Notes: generated by a model from the sequence alone, not told the origin. Positions 1 through 9,425 are shown, numbered from the stretch's first letter. The stretch: DNA of 31,135 nt from Ilumatobacteraceae bacterium (GCA_007122945.1 SKSP01000150.1:1-31135), one strand, 5' to 3'. Program-made: numbers and translations.

Positions 1-2
1 AC

Positions 3-650
3 TACGTGTACTGCTACCTCTCGTACTACGGGTGGAAGCTGGCCCGCAAGCAGATGCAGGGGTTCTGGAGCAAGGTCGACGAGCTCGGCCTCGACCCGAA
101 CCCGTACCGCTCGGGGTTCACCCAATTCATCGGCCTCGCCGACACCGACGAAGAGGCATACGAGCTCTACCGCGAGCCGGCCGAGTACTTCTTCCACCGC
201 TGCCTCCACGTGCACGGTGGCTACGCCGAACCGCCCGGTTACAAGACCGAGGCGACGATCCGCCAGGGCGTCGCCTCCCAGGTCGAGATGGCGGCGAAGC
301 AGGCCGAGCAGGCGAAGAAGCCCAAGCCGGGCTCCAAGGCGGCGATCCACTCGGTCACGTTCGAGGACATGGTCGAGCGCGGCTGGGTGCTGATCGGTTC
401 ACCGACCACGGTCGCGGAGAAGCTGCACGACATCGCCACCGAGCTCAACTGCGGTCACATGATGCTGCTGATGCACTTCGGCAACATGAGCCGCGAACTG
501 GCGATGTACAACACGACGCTGTTCGCCGAGAAGGTGCTCCCCGAGGTCGGCGACCTGTTCGACGACCAGTGGGAGGACCACTGGTGGCCCCAGGGCGCCC
601 GCGACCGCGCCGCCCTGACGCCCGCGGGCGCGGCCGGGGGTGGGACGTGA
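3..650 (+). CDS. LLM (luciferase-like) flavin-dependent oxidoreductase, 5'-truncated by the window edge
   Basis: Open frame from the window start. Its C-terminal pattern 'LIGSPTTVAEKL...HMMLLMHFGNMSRELAMYNTTLFAEKVLP' is typical of LLM monooxygenases. The TGA overlaps the next GTG (GTGA at 647-650). Confidence 0.8.
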   Translation, partial: YVYCYLSYYGWKLARKQMQGFWSKVDELGLDPNPYRSGFTQFIGLADTDEEAYELYREPAEYFFHRCLHVHGGYAEPPGYKTEATIRQGVASQVEMAAKQAEQAKKPKPGSKAAIHSVTFEDMVERGWVLIGSPTTVAEKLHDIATELNCGHMMLLMHFGNMSRELAMYNTTLFAEKVLPEVGDLFDDQWEDHWWPQGARDRAALTPAGAAGGGT

Positions 651-1468
651 GCAACGGATCCCGGACCGGAACGGCCGAAGCCACGACCCGTGTCATCGAG
701 GTCGGCACGGCGAAGGTCGCCGTCCACGAACTCGGTTCCGGAGCGGTGCTCGGCTACGTGCACGGACTCACCGGCAACCCGGTCGTCCACCCGTTCCTGC
801 ACGACCTGGCGGGCGACCACCGGGTGATCGCTCCCAGCCTGCCGGGCTTCGACGCGTCCGACGCGCCGACGGCTCGCACGCTCCACGAACGGGTCTTCCT
901 GGCGTCGGAGGCGATCGACGCGGTCGGCCTCACCGGCGCCCCGGTGGTCGCCGCGTCGGTCGGGGCGATGCTGGCCCTCGAGGTGGCCGCCATCCGGCCG
1001 GAGGCGTTCTCCTCGCTCGTGCTGCTCGCGCCGCTCGGGCTGTGGGACGACGCCGAGCCGATCCACGACGTGTGGTCCGAGCGCACCAAGGTGCAGCCCG
1101 AGTACCTGTTCGCCCATCCCGACCGCTTCGCCGAGCAGACCGCCGACCCCGAGGGGTTGTCGACCGACGAGCTGATGGAGCGTGAGATCGCCCGCTACCG
1201 GACCCGCCGCTCGGCGGCGTCGCTCATGTGGCCGATCCCCGACCACGGGTTGCGCGAACGGCTGCACCGGATCACGTGTCCGGTCCACGTGATCTGGGGT
1301 GCCGACGACCGCCTCGTGCCCCCGAGCTACGCCGAACGGTTCTGCGAGCTGTTGCCGGCGTGTCGTGGCGTGACGATCATCGACGGCGCCGGTCACGCCC
1401 TCGAGTGGGACGCCCCCGCCGAGGTCGCCGCCGCCGTCCGCAACGGCCCATCCCCGGCCCGGATGTAG
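647..1468 (+). CDS. alpha/beta-fold hydrolase
   Basis: GTG at 647 is coupled to the upstream stop. Motifs: HG oxyanion (YVHGLTG), 'APSLPGF', nucleophile elbow A-A-S-V-G, 'IWGADDRLVP' and catalytic-His region 'GAGHAL'. Confidence 0.85.
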   Translation: MSNGSRTGTAEATTRVIEVGTAKVAVHELGSGAVLGYVHGLTGNPVVHPFLHDLAGDHRVIAPSLPGFDASDAPTARTLHERVFLASEAIDAVGLTGAPVVAASVGAMLALEVAAIRPEAFSSLVLLAPLGLWDDAEPIHDVWSERTKVQPEYLFAHPDRFAEQTADPEGLSTDELMEREIARYRTRRSAASLMWPIPDHGLRERLHRITCPVHVIWGADDRLVPPSYAERFCELLPACRGVTIIDGAGHALEWDAPAEVAAAVRNGPSPARM

Positions 1469-1580
1469 CGGAAGCCGTTCCGTCTGGAGCAACCGGCAGG
1501 GACGTGACGATATGCACAGACGGGTGGGGCGGGGCTGGTCGGCCCGGCCGAGCGGTCCGTCCTCGATCACCCCGACGCGC

Positions 1581-2768
1581 TCAGTCCCCGAGGACCCCGG
1601 TCGGGCTGAAGCGGACGGGCATCGACTCGTACCCGCACACGAAGTTCGCCGTCCGCAACGGCGGTTCGGCCTCGTCGACCAGCTCGATGTCGGGGAGACG
1701 ATCGAGCAGGCGGTCGAAGACGACCATCAGCTCGAGCCGGGCGAGGGCCTGGCCGAGGCAGAAGTGCGGTCCGAACCCGAAGGCGACGTGGTCGTTCGGC
1801 GACCGGCGGATGTCGAACCGCATCGGGTCGTCGAAGACGTCCTCGTCGCGGTTCGCGGACGGGTAGAGCAACAGGGCCTGGTCGCCGGCTCTCAGGGTCC
1901 GGCCGCGCAGCTCGACGTCGGCGGTGACGGTGCGCGCCATGTTCTTGATCGGGGTGACCCAGCGGAGCATCTCCTCGACGGCACCCGGCAGGAGTGAACG
2001 GTCGGCGCGCACGTCCTCCCAGTTCTGCCGGTCGACCAACATCTGGTAGAGGCCACCGGTGATCACATGCCGAGTGGTCTCGTCGCCGCCGATCAGGATG
2101 AGCAGGGTCTCGTAGTGCAGGGCGTCCTCGCTGAGGCGGTCGCCGTTGATCTCGGCGTGGACGAGCACGCTGACCAGGTCGTCGCGGGGGTTCTCCCGCC
2201 GATCGGCGATCACCTCGGCGATGTAGGCGCTGTAGCCGAACGCTGCCTCGGCCTGCGCGTCGAGGAGCGCGGGATCGGTGTTGCCCTGCGCCTTCAACAT
2301 GTCGTCGGACCACTTGAGGAGCGTGGGGTGATCGGCTTCGTCGAACCCGAGGGCGTCTCCGATCAAGATGAGCGGCAGCCACGCGGCGATGTCCCACACG
2401 AAGTCGCACTCACCGCGCTCGCACACCCGATCGATCAAGCGATCGGCGACCGAGCGGATGTGGGGCTCCTGCTCTCGGATCCGCTTCGGGGTGAACCCTC
2501 GGTTGACGAGCTTGCGCCGCTGCCAGTGCTCGGGGTCGTCCATGTCGATCATCATCGGGATCGCACCGGAGGTCGGCCGGATGCCGCTGGCGTTCGAGAA
2601 CGTCGGTACCTGGGTGGACGCCCACTTCACGTCGTCGTACTTCGTGATCGCCCACAGACCGCTGCGTTCGTCGTAGTGGACGGGGTCGTTGGCCCGCAGC
2701 CAGGCGAGCTCCGCGTGGGGGTCGCGTCCCCACCACACACCGCTCAGCAGGTCGATCTCGGGTGCCAT
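1581..2768 (-). CDS. cyp142: cytochrome P450, CYP142-like (steroid side-chain oxidase family)
   Basis: ATG at 2768 with a GAGGAGG RBS. I-helix LIGGDETTRH, ExxR (EEMLRW) and heme motif FGFGPHFCLG. The segments 'MMIDMDDP', 'DRVCERGECDFV' and 'ETLLILIGGDETTRH' closely match CYP142 as I recall it. The subfamily needs an alignment to confirm. Confidence 0.85.
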   Translation of the reverse strand: MAPEIDLLSGVWWGRDPHAELAWLRANDPVHYDERSGLWAITKYDDVKWASTQVPTFSNASGIRPTSGAIPMMIDMDDPEHWQRRKLVNRGFTPKRIREQEPHIRSVADRLIDRVCERGECDFVWDIAAWLPLILIGDALGFDEADHPTLLKWSDDMLKAQGNTDPALLDAQAEAAFGYSAYIAEVIADRRENPRDDLVSVLVHAEINGDRLSEDALHYETLLILIGGDETTRHVITGGLYQMLVDRQNWEDVRADRSLLPGAVEEMLRWVTPIKNMARTVTADVELRGRTLRAGDQALLLYPSANRDEDVFDDPMRFDIRRSPNDHVAFGFGPHFCLGQALARLELMVVFDRLLDRLPDIELVDEAEPPLRTANFVCGYESMPVRFSPTGVLGD

Positions 2769-2882
2769 GGGGGTCCTCCTCATACTCGTCTGCTCTCGTG
2801 TGCAGCGCTGGCTGAGCCGCGACACCTGGGACCTGTCCTAGCAGCTCCGGTCGGGCGCCACCGATCCGTACGTTGCGCCCGC

Positions 2883-4328
2883 TCAGCGGTCGGGTCGGAC
2901 CTGCTCGAGCGCGTCGAGCTCGGTCGGGATGCGGTCCGCGAGCGCGTCGAGGTCGGCGACGGCGTCACGGTCGGACACCAGGCTGAGGCAGATCCGGTCG
3001 CCGATCGACATCGCGCCGACGTGCAGCGCCATGCCGTCCACCACGCCGAGGATCGGGTACATCGCCTCGACCGGCGCACCGAGCGCGTACAGCTGCTCGC
3101 TCGGGCCCGGCACCGACGTGATGGTCATGTTGAACGGCGGCATCATCCGGTCGGCGAGCGGGCTGCGCTCGAGCAGCCGCGACGCCACGATGCCGACGAG
3201 CGGGGTGCCACCGCCCAACCCGCGGATCTCGGCGACCGTCATCGCCCCGTGGCGCTCGATCGCCTCGCGGATCTGGGCGTGGACCGAGCGCAACCGGTCC
3301 GCCGGCTGGTGGAGCTGGGTGCCCAGGTTGACGACCACACCCGCGATGCCGTCGATCGCCTCCGGGTCGCTCACCGACAGCGGCACGAGCGCCTTGAGCG
3401 ACTCCTTCGGGAGCTCGTCGTGCTCCAACAGCCACCATCGCAGGGCCCCGGCGCAGGCGGCGGTGAGCACGTCGACGGTCGCCACGCCGAGGCGCTCACG
3501 GATCCCGGCGATGCGCTCGAGGTCGAGCTCGGCGGTCGCCCACCGACGGTGCGGGCCGACCCGCACGTTGAACGACGTGCGCGGCGTGATGCCGACCTGG
3601 TCGCCGATCACGATCGACCGCTGCGCGCGTTGGTTCATCAGCGCCAGCGCGGGGTTCATCACCGACCGGAGACCGGGCACCGAGTTCAGCGTGCGCGGCA
3701 CCCGCCCCAACGTGCGGAGCGGATCGATCACCGCGTTCCACCAGGCCCGCGACGAGAGGTCGAACCAGGAAGGTCCGGGCTCGGCATGCCAGCGAGGCCG
3801 ACCGGCCGCTTCGGGTACGCCGAGCAGTTCGGGGGACGGTCCGACCAGCCCGGCGTTCAGCTCGCTCCCGGTGGTGGACGACGCGAGCGCGGCGAGGTGC
3901 ATCTTGAACAGCAGGGCCGCCCGCCCGTCGGCGAGGCCCGACACGAGGTACAGCTCCCACAGCGGCCGGCCGCGATCGAGCGGTCGGCTGTGGATGCGGG
4001 CGACCAGCTCGGCCAGCGACGTCGGGTCGTCGGGGTCGGGGACGGCGATGTGGCGGAGGTGGTAGTTGAGGTCGAAGCCGGGGTGGTCGCGCCACCACGG
4101 GCGATCGAGGTTGAGCGGGACGTCGACGAGCGACTGGCGCAGGATCGGGTGCTCGTCGAGGCGGGCGGCGACCTCCTGGCGCAGCAGCGCGGCATCGAGT
4201 CGTCGCGGCGCGCTCGCGGCGTCGAGCACGGTCAGCGTCGACGTGTGGCCGAGCGCGGTGGGGGTCTCGATGGCGAGCAGGCGGGCGTCGCGGCGATCGA
4301 GTTGACGGGAGGGCATGGTGGCGGTCAC
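2883..4328 (-). CDS. WS/DGAT (wax ester synthase/diacylglycerol acyltransferase)-family protein with a degenerate catalytic motif
   Basis: Typical family segments 'LDRRDARLLAIET', 'FDLNYHLRH', 'SRPLDRGRPLWELYLV' and 'FNMTITSVPGP'. Start is GTG 4328 (GTGA overlap with the upstream stop) or ATG 4316. The HHxxxDG position reads HLAALAS. Confidence 0.85.
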   Translation of the reverse strand: MTATMPSRQLDRRDARLLAIETPTALGHTSTLTVLDAASAPRRLDAALLRQEVAARLDEHPILRQSLVDVPLNLDRPWWRDHPGFDLNYHLRHIAVPDPDDPTSLAELVARIHSRPLDRGRPLWELYLVSGLADGRAALLFKMHLAALASSTTGSELNAGLVGPSPELLGVPEAAGRPRWHAEPGPSWFDLSSRAWWNAVIDPLRTLGRVPRTLNSVPGLRSVMNPALALMNQRAQRSIVIGDQVGITPRTSFNVRVGPHRRWATAELDLERIAGIRERLGVATVDVLTAACAGALRWWLLEHDELPKESLKALVPLSVSDPEAIDGIAGVVVNLGTQLHQPADRLRSVHAQIREAIERHGAMTVAEIRGLGGGTPLVGIVASRLLERSPLADRMMPPFNMTITSVPGPSEQLYALGAPVEAMYPILGVVDGMALHVGAMSIGDRICLSLVSDRDAVADLDALADRIPTELDALEQVRPDR

Positions 4329-5149
4329 GTGCCGGCGGCGTCCGCGGTCGGACCGGTGGCACCGGCCGCCGCAGCGGGCGCGGCGTCGGCGATCCCGTGG
4401 CGCTCCACCAGGGGATCGTCGCCGCTCGGGTACAACCGTCGCAACAGCGCCGGGGGCTCGAACGGTCGCCACTCCCCGTCGGCCTGGGCGAGACGGTCGG
4501 CGACCGCCCACAGCACGGTCGGGTTGTGCCCGAGCCCGATGTGGGCGCCCCACACCTCGATGTTCTCCGCGGTCGGGCCGACCGGCTGGATGCAGGTGAT
4601 CGGGGCCACCACGGCGTCGTTGCGCGACCAGATCGACGTCGACGGCACCGGCACGTGCGTGAGGTCGTGCGGGCGGCGGCCGCGCTGCAGGCCGGTCATC
4701 CGGGCGATGCGCCGGACCCGTTCGCTCAGGTTCGCCTCCGGGTCCTCCACCCGGATCGGGCTGCCGAGCGACACCACCTGGCGGACCTGGTCGGGGTGGT
4801 GGATCGCGAGCAGCCGGCCCATCACCCCGCCGAGGCTCCAGCCCACGATGTCGATCGGTCCGCCGTTGAGGCGGACGAGCCGGTCGAGGAGGCGGAGCAG
4901 CTGGCGGACCGTCTCGTCGTCGGGCCCGACGTTGAGGCCGAGCCCCCACCGCGACGGACGGTGGCCGAGGGTCCGCAGGACCAGTCGCAGCGGTGTCGTC
5001 GAGATGTCGCCCGCCGTGAACCCCGGGAGCACGAGGACCCGTCGGCCGGTGCCCTTCGGTGCGAAGACCATCCACGGCGCCGCCATCACGAACGCGCCGA
5101 ACTCGGGGACCGCCGAGAGCTCGCAGATCGACGGTGCCGGACGCTCCAT
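4325..5149 (-). CDS. alpha/beta hydrolase (lipase/esterase-like)
   Basis: Motifs 'VLVLPGF', GWSLGG nucleophile elbow, 'SLGSP', 'SRNDAVV' and 'AHIGLGHNP'. This type is commonly found next to WS/DGAT genes. Confidence 0.85.
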   Translation of the reverse strand: MERPAPSICELSAVPEFGAFVMAAPWMVFAPKGTGRRVLVLPGFTAGDISTTPLRLVLRTLGHRPSRWGLGLNVGPDDETVRQLLRLLDRLVRLNGGPIDIVGWSLGGVMGRLLAIHHPDQVRQVVSLGSPIRVEDPEANLSERVRRIARMTGLQRGRRPHDLTHVPVPSTSIWSRNDAVVAPITCIQPVGPTAENIEVWGAHIGLGHNPTVLWAVADRLAQADGEWRPFEPPALLRRLYPSGDDPLVERHGIADAAPAAAAGATGPTADAAGT

Positions 5150-5213
5150 CCGTCAAGTCTGCTACGGATCGGTGCGCGAACCCGACACAGAGCCTCGGGA
5201 GTGTCGAGCCGGC

Positions 5214-6377
5214 TCAGGCGTCGTCGAGCAGCGATGCCAGCGACTGGGTCGCCTCGATGAACTCCTCGACCATCTCGTAGACCACCTGGGCGGCCTTCTT
5301 CGGGGTGTTCATCGTCCCGACGACCTGGCCGACGAAGTAGTTCGCCAGCTTCTCGGCGCCCGACCCGGGGGTGTGCGCGGCGCGGGCGATGCGGGCCTGG
5401 GCGGCTGCGGTCAGCACGGGTTGCAGCGGCATGCCGAGCGGGTCGGGGGTGTCGGCGCGCTCCCATTCCTCGGTCCACGACGACTTCAGCATGCGGGCGT
5501 GCTTGCCGGTCAGCGAGCGCGACCGGATCGTGTCGGCCGAGGTCGCGCCGAGCATCTTCTGCTTGACGACCGGGTGCGTCTCGGCCTCCTCGGTGGTGAG
5601 CCACACCGACCCGCACCAGACGCCCTGGGCGCCGAGCGCCATCGCCGCGGCCATCTGGCGGCCGCGGCCGATCCCACCGGCGCCGAGCACCGGGACGGGT
5701 GCGACGGCGTCGACGATCTCGGGGATCAGGACCATCGAGCCGATCTCGCCGGTGTGCCCGCCGGCCTCGTATCCCTGGGCGATGATGATGTCGACGCCGG
5801 CCTGGACGTGACGCTCGGCGTGGACGGCCCGACCGGCGAGCGCGCCGATGAGGCGGCCGGCCTCCTTGACCTTCCGGATCATGAAGTCGGGCGGCGGACC
5901 GAGCGCGTTCGCGACGAACACCGGCCGGTGGGCGAGCACGATGTCGAGCTGTGGCCCGGCGGCGGTGGCCGAGAACGGCGCGGCCGTCGAGGTGGTGTTG
6001 ACGGCGCCGACCGAGCGGCGGGCTTCCTCGGACTCGGCGTCGGTCGGGAACTCGGGAACCTCGTAGCGGCGCAGGATGTCCTCGACGAACTCCTGGGCCT
6101 CGGCGGGGATGAGGCGCCGGATGTCGTCCATCGTGTAGCCGCCGTCGGCGTCGCCGGCGTACTTGGCCGGCACGATCAGGTCGACACCGTAGGGACGGTC
6201 GCCGATCTCGTCCTCGATCCAGTCGAGGTCGATCTCGAGCTGCTCGGGCGAGTGGGCGACGGCGCCGAGCACCCCCAACCCGCCGGCCTTCGACACGGCG
6301 GCCACGACGTCGCGGCAGTGGGAGAACGCGAAGATCGGGAACTCGATCCCCAGCATGTCGGTCACGTCGGTGCGCAT
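5214..6377 (-). CDS. nitronate monooxygenase-family FMN-dependent oxidoreductase
   Basis: Start MRTDVTDMLGIEFPIFAF. Motifs 'AAVSKAGGLGVLG', 'AQGYEAGGHTG', 'VPVLGAGGIG' and 'LGAQGVWCGS'. Confidence 0.85.
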   Translation of the reverse strand: MRTDVTDMLGIEFPIFAFSHCRDVVAAVSKAGGLGVLGAVAHSPEQLEIDLDWIEDEIGDRPYGVDLIVPAKYAGDADGGYTMDDIRRLIPAEAQEFVEDILRRYEVPEFPTDAESEEARRSVGAVNTTSTAAPFSATAAGPQLDIVLAHRPVFVANALGPPPDFMIRKVKEAGRLIGALAGRAVHAERHVQAGVDIIIAQGYEAGGHTGEIGSMVLIPEIVDAVAPVPVLGAGGIGRGRQMAAAMALGAQGVWCGSVWLTTEEAETHPVVKQKMLGATSADTIRSRSLTGKHARMLKSSWTEEWERADTPDPLGMPLQPVLTAAAQARIARAAHTPGSGAEKLANYFVGQVVGTMNTPKKAAQVVYEMVEEFIEATQSLASLLDDA

Positions 6378-6492
6378 ACCCGCCAGGCTACCCACCCACC
6401 CCCACGGAGGTTCTGACGATGCTCCCGGGCGCTGGTGTTCGGCCGGTGTGATCGGCCGGTGTTTCGGCGATGTGAACAACGACCGGCCGACA

Positions 6493-6532
6493 TTGTCCGA
6501 GATCATCTGTGCGTTTACTATATGCAAGCAGA
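6493..6532 (+). promoter_or_regulatory. sigma70-type promoter of the ABC operon (TTGTCC-N17-TACTAT) overlapped by a putative MarR operator
   Basis: TTGTCC at 6493-6498 and TACTAT at 6516-6521, 17-nt spacer. 6496-6513 matches the reverse complement of 16697-16714 at 17 of 18 positions. Confidence 0.7.
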
Positions 6533-6557
6533 CGAATTTCGGGGAGGACGACGTCGC

Positions 6558-7373
6558 ATGCTCGTGAGCGAGGAGCCAGGACCGACGGTGGGCACGGGAC
6601 CGCCGATCCCACCGCCCGGCCCGGACGCGTCGGGTGTCACCGTCTCGGTGCGCGGCGTGACCCGACAGTACCGGTCCGGGTTCGTCGCGCTCCAGGGCGC
6701 CGACCTGGAGATCGCGGCCGGGGAGATGGTCGCCCTCGTCGGTCCGTCGGGGTGCGGCAAGTCGACGCTCCTCAAGATCGTCGCCGGACTGCTCTCGGCG
6801 ACCGACGGCGAGGTGGCGTTCGGCGGCCCCGGAGGTCGGCCGGAGATCGGCTACGTGTTCCAGGACCCGCACCTGCTCCCGTGGCGCCGGACGCTCCGCA
6901 ACGTCGAGCTGTTCCTCGAGGTCGACGGCATGAAGAAGGCGGAGCGGCGCCGCCGAGCGCGCGAGGCGCTCGCCCTCGTCGGCCTGGCCGATTTCGAGGA
7001 CGCCTACCCGGCCCAGCTCTCGGGCGGCATGAAGATGCGCGTGAGCCTCGCCCGAACGCTCGCCACGGATCCGCAGCTGATGCTGTTCGACGAGCCGTTC
7101 GCCGCGGTCGACGAGATCACCCGCCACCGTCTCAACAACGACCTGATCCGACTGCAGCGCGAACGTCACGTCACCGGCGTGTTCGTCACCCACTCGATCA
7201 CCGAGTCGGTCTTCCTCGCGGATCGCGTCGCGGTCATGTCACCCAGCCCGGGCCGGATCGTGGACGTCGTCGACGTCCCGTTCGGCGACGAGCGGCCGCC
7301 GTCGTTGCGGACCACGCCCGAGTTCGCCGCCGTCGCCCGGCAGATCGGCGAGATCATGGGGGTCGAGGCGTGA
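6558..7373 (+). CDS. ABC transporter ATP-binding protein, NitT/TauT family
   Basis: GGAGG RBS at 6543-6547 and ATG at 6558. Walker A GPSGCGKS, Q-loop VFQD, signature LSGG, Walker B LMLFDEPF and H-loop VTHS. Confidence 0.95.
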   Translation: MLVSEEPGPTVGTGPPIPPPGPDASGVTVSVRGVTRQYRSGFVALQGADLEIAAGEMVALVGPSGCGKSTLLKIVAGLLSATDGEVAFGGPGGRPEIGYVFQDPHLLPWRRTLRNVELFLEVDGMKKAERRRRAREALALVGLADFEDAYPAQLSGGMKMRVSLARTLATDPQLMLFDEPFAAVDEITRHRLNNDLIRLQRERHVTGVFVTHSITESVFLADRVAVMSPSPGRIVDVVDVPFGDERPPSLRTTPEFAAVARQIGEIMGVEA

Positions 7374-8170
7374 ACCGGGTGCTCGGGGTGGCGCGGGCCG
7401 TGGTGCCGCCGTTGCTCGTCTTCGTCGTGTTGATGTTCGTGTGGTGGGCGGCCGTGCGGGCGCTGCAACCGCAGGCGTACATCTTCCCGTCGCCCGGTCG
7501 GGTGTGGGAGGCCGCCGTCAACGACTCCGACCGGCTGTGGACCGGTTTCCGCAACACGCTCTACGCGTCGGTGGTCGGCTTCCTCGCCGCCACCGCGGTC
7601 GGCGTCCTCGCTGCCCTGCTGCTCAGCCTCTCCCGCACGATCGAGCGGGCCTTCTTCCCGTGGGCGGTGCTGCTGCAGACCGTGCCGGCCGTGGCCGTCG
7701 CCCCGCTGTTCGTGCTGTGGTTCGGCCCCGGCCGCGGCTCGGTGATGCTCGTCGCGTTCACGATCACGCTGTTCCCGATCCTGGCCAACAGCCTCGCCGG
7801 CCTGCGCTCGGCCGACGCCGCGCTGGTCGACCTGATCCGCCTGCGCGGCCGTCGTCCGAACTCGCTGTTCACCTTCACCAAGATCCGCATCCCGAGCTCG
7901 TTGCCGTACCTGTTCACCGGGCTGCGGATCTCGGCCGGCCTCGCCGTGATCGGCGCGATCGTCGGCGAGATCGTCGTCGGCCGGGGCGGCCCGGAAGCCG
8001 GCCTGGGGTACTGGGTCACGTTCGGCACCACCCAGCTCCGGACCGACTTCGTGTTCGCGGCGATCGCGGTCTCCTCCGCGCTCGGCATCACGTTCTTCCT
8101 CGCCGTGTCGGCGATCGGCAACCGGGTCCTGCGCAACTGGCACGACTCGGCCCGCGACGCGGAGACCTGA
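7370..8170 (+). CDS. ABC transporter permease, NitT/TauT family
   Basis: GTGA overlap with the ATPase stop. Multiple hydrophobic segments plus 'QTVPAVAVAPLFVLWFG' and the EAA-like loop followed by 'KIRIPSSLPYLFTGLRIS'. Confidence 0.92.
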   Translation: MNRVLGVARAVVPPLLVFVVLMFVWWAAVRALQPQAYIFPSPGRVWEAAVNDSDRLWTGFRNTLYASVVGFLAATAVGVLAALLLSLSRTIERAFFPWAVLLQTVPAVAVAPLFVLWFGPGRGSVMLVAFTITLFPILANSLAGLRSADAALVDLIRLRGRRPNSLFTFTKIRIPSSLPYLFTGLRISAGLAVIGAIVGEIVVGRGGPEAGLGYWVTFGTTQLRTDFVFAAIAVSSALGITFFLAVSAIGNRVLRNWHDSARDAET

Positions 8171-8246
8171 TCCCCCTACCAGCCCAGTCCAACCACCCAT
8201 GTCCCGGACCATCCGGTCCCACACCACATCCCAGGAGCACGCAGCG

Positions 8247-9395
8247 ATGAACATCCGACGCACCCGACGACGCATCGTCCCCCTCCTCGCCGCGGCCGCC
8301 CTCGTGGTCGCCGCGTGCGGCGGCGACGATGATGCCGCCACCCCGGAGGCTCCCGACGAGCCGGCCGCCGAGCCGACCGACGACGAGCCGACCGACGACG
8401 AGCCGACCGACGACGAGCCGGCCGACGACGAGCCGACCGACGAGGAGCCGGCCGCCGACGAGCCGGCCACGACGGACGCCCCGCCCCCCGCCACCGGCGA
8501 CATGACCGTCCTCGACGAGCTGACCTCGGTGTCGGTGCAGTCGGACTGGTTCCCGTCGACCGACCACGCGGCGCTGTACGCCGCCGACTTCCTCGGGTTC
8601 TTCGCCGAGCGGAACCTCGAGGTCGAGATCCGCGAGGGCGGGCCTGGTATCCGGGCGGCCAACGACGTCGTCACCGGCAACGTCACGTTCGGCATGGCGA
8701 TCCCCGAGAACATCGTGCTCGCCGCGTCGGAAGGCGCCGAGCTGACCACGTTCTTCGCCACCTACCAGGTGTCGCCGATCGGCATCATGGTGCACGCCGA
8801 GTCGGGCATCACCGGCCTCGACGACCTGACCGAGGTGCAGATGTTCCCGGGCCAGGTGTTCTGGGAGGTCCTCAAGGCCGAGAGCGATCTCGAGGTCGAC
8901 GAGATCGCCTACGACGGCTCGCAGGCCGCGTGGCTCGAGAACAAGGAGTGGGGCGTCCAGGCGTTCGCCACGACGAACCCGAACGTGGCGCGCGAGAACG
9001 GCGCCGATCCGGTGATGCTGACCGCCACCGAGCTCGGGTTCCGCTCGTACGCGACCACGATCTTCACCTCCGACGAGTACGTCGAGGAGAACCCCGACGT
9101 GGTCCGGGCGTTCGCCGAGGCGTTGCAGGCCGGCCTCGAGGCGTTCCTCGACGACCCCGACCCGGTGATCGCCTACATCAACGAGGTGTACCCCGACTTC
9201 GAGATCTCCGTCGGCGAGGCCTCGTTCCCGGTGATGGCCGAGCTCGTCGTCAGCGACACGACCGACGAGCTCGGGCTCGGCGCGATGAGCGGAGACGTCT
9301 GGGAGGACGTCGCGAGCCGCATGCTCGCGGCCGACATCATCCGCACCGAGGTCGACGCCGACTCGCTCTGGACGAACGAGTTCCTCGTCGGCTGA
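8247..9395 (+). CDS. ABC substrate-binding lipoprotein, NMT1/THI5-like
   Basis: AGGAG RBS, basic N-region, lipobox VVAA-C and an acidic linker. Then 'QSDWFPSTDHAALYAADFLGFFAERNLEVEIREGG', a ThiY/NMT1-like N-terminal pattern. Confidence 0.85.
   Translation: MNIRRTRRRIVPLLAAAALVVAACGGDDDAATPEAPDEPAAEPTDDEPTDDEPTDDEPADDEPTDEEPAADEPATTDAPPPATGDMTVLDELTSVSVQSDWFPSTDHAALYAADFLGFFAERNLEVEIREGGPGIRAANDVVTGNVTFGMAIPENIVLAASEGAELTTFFATYQVSPIGIMVHAESGITGLDDLTEVQMFPGQVFWEVLKAESDLEVDEIAYDGSQAAWLENKEWGVQAFATTNPNVARENGADPVMLTATELGFRSYATTIFTSDEYVEENPDVVRAFAEALQAGLEAFLDDPDPVIAYINEVYPDFEISVGEASFPVMAELVVSDTTDELGLGAMSGDVWEDVASRMLAADIIRTEVDADSLWTNEFLVG
8370..8459 (+). repeat. in-frame 15-bp tandem repeat (6 units, GAGCCGRCCGMCGAS) encoding an EPTDD-type linker
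   Basis: GAGCCGACCGACGAC x3 followed by three variant units, read directly from the sequence. Confidence 0.9.
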
Positions 9396-9425
9396 CGTCT
9401 GCTGACGTCGACCCACCTGGTCGCG

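Noticed and set aside
2067-6416. 1449-aa plus-strand ORF, and similar giant ORFs (23292-27212, 23078-25273, 28866-30941, 13049-15250)
   Set aside because: These are antisense or alternative-frame shadows of well-supported genes. They have Arg/Gly/Ala-rich composition with no motifs, as expected in very GC-rich DNA.
6449-6490. Repeated TCGGCCGGT / ACCGGCCGA arms upstream of the ABC promoter
   Set aside because: These are short GC-only palindromic words expected by chance here, and they are not shared with the other cluster promoters.
5214-7193. Apparent 659-aa nitronate monooxygenase with a long N-terminal extension
   Set aside because: The extension is the antisense of the ABC ATPase. The family N-terminus starts at ATG 6377, which has a -10 hexamer 7 nt upstream.
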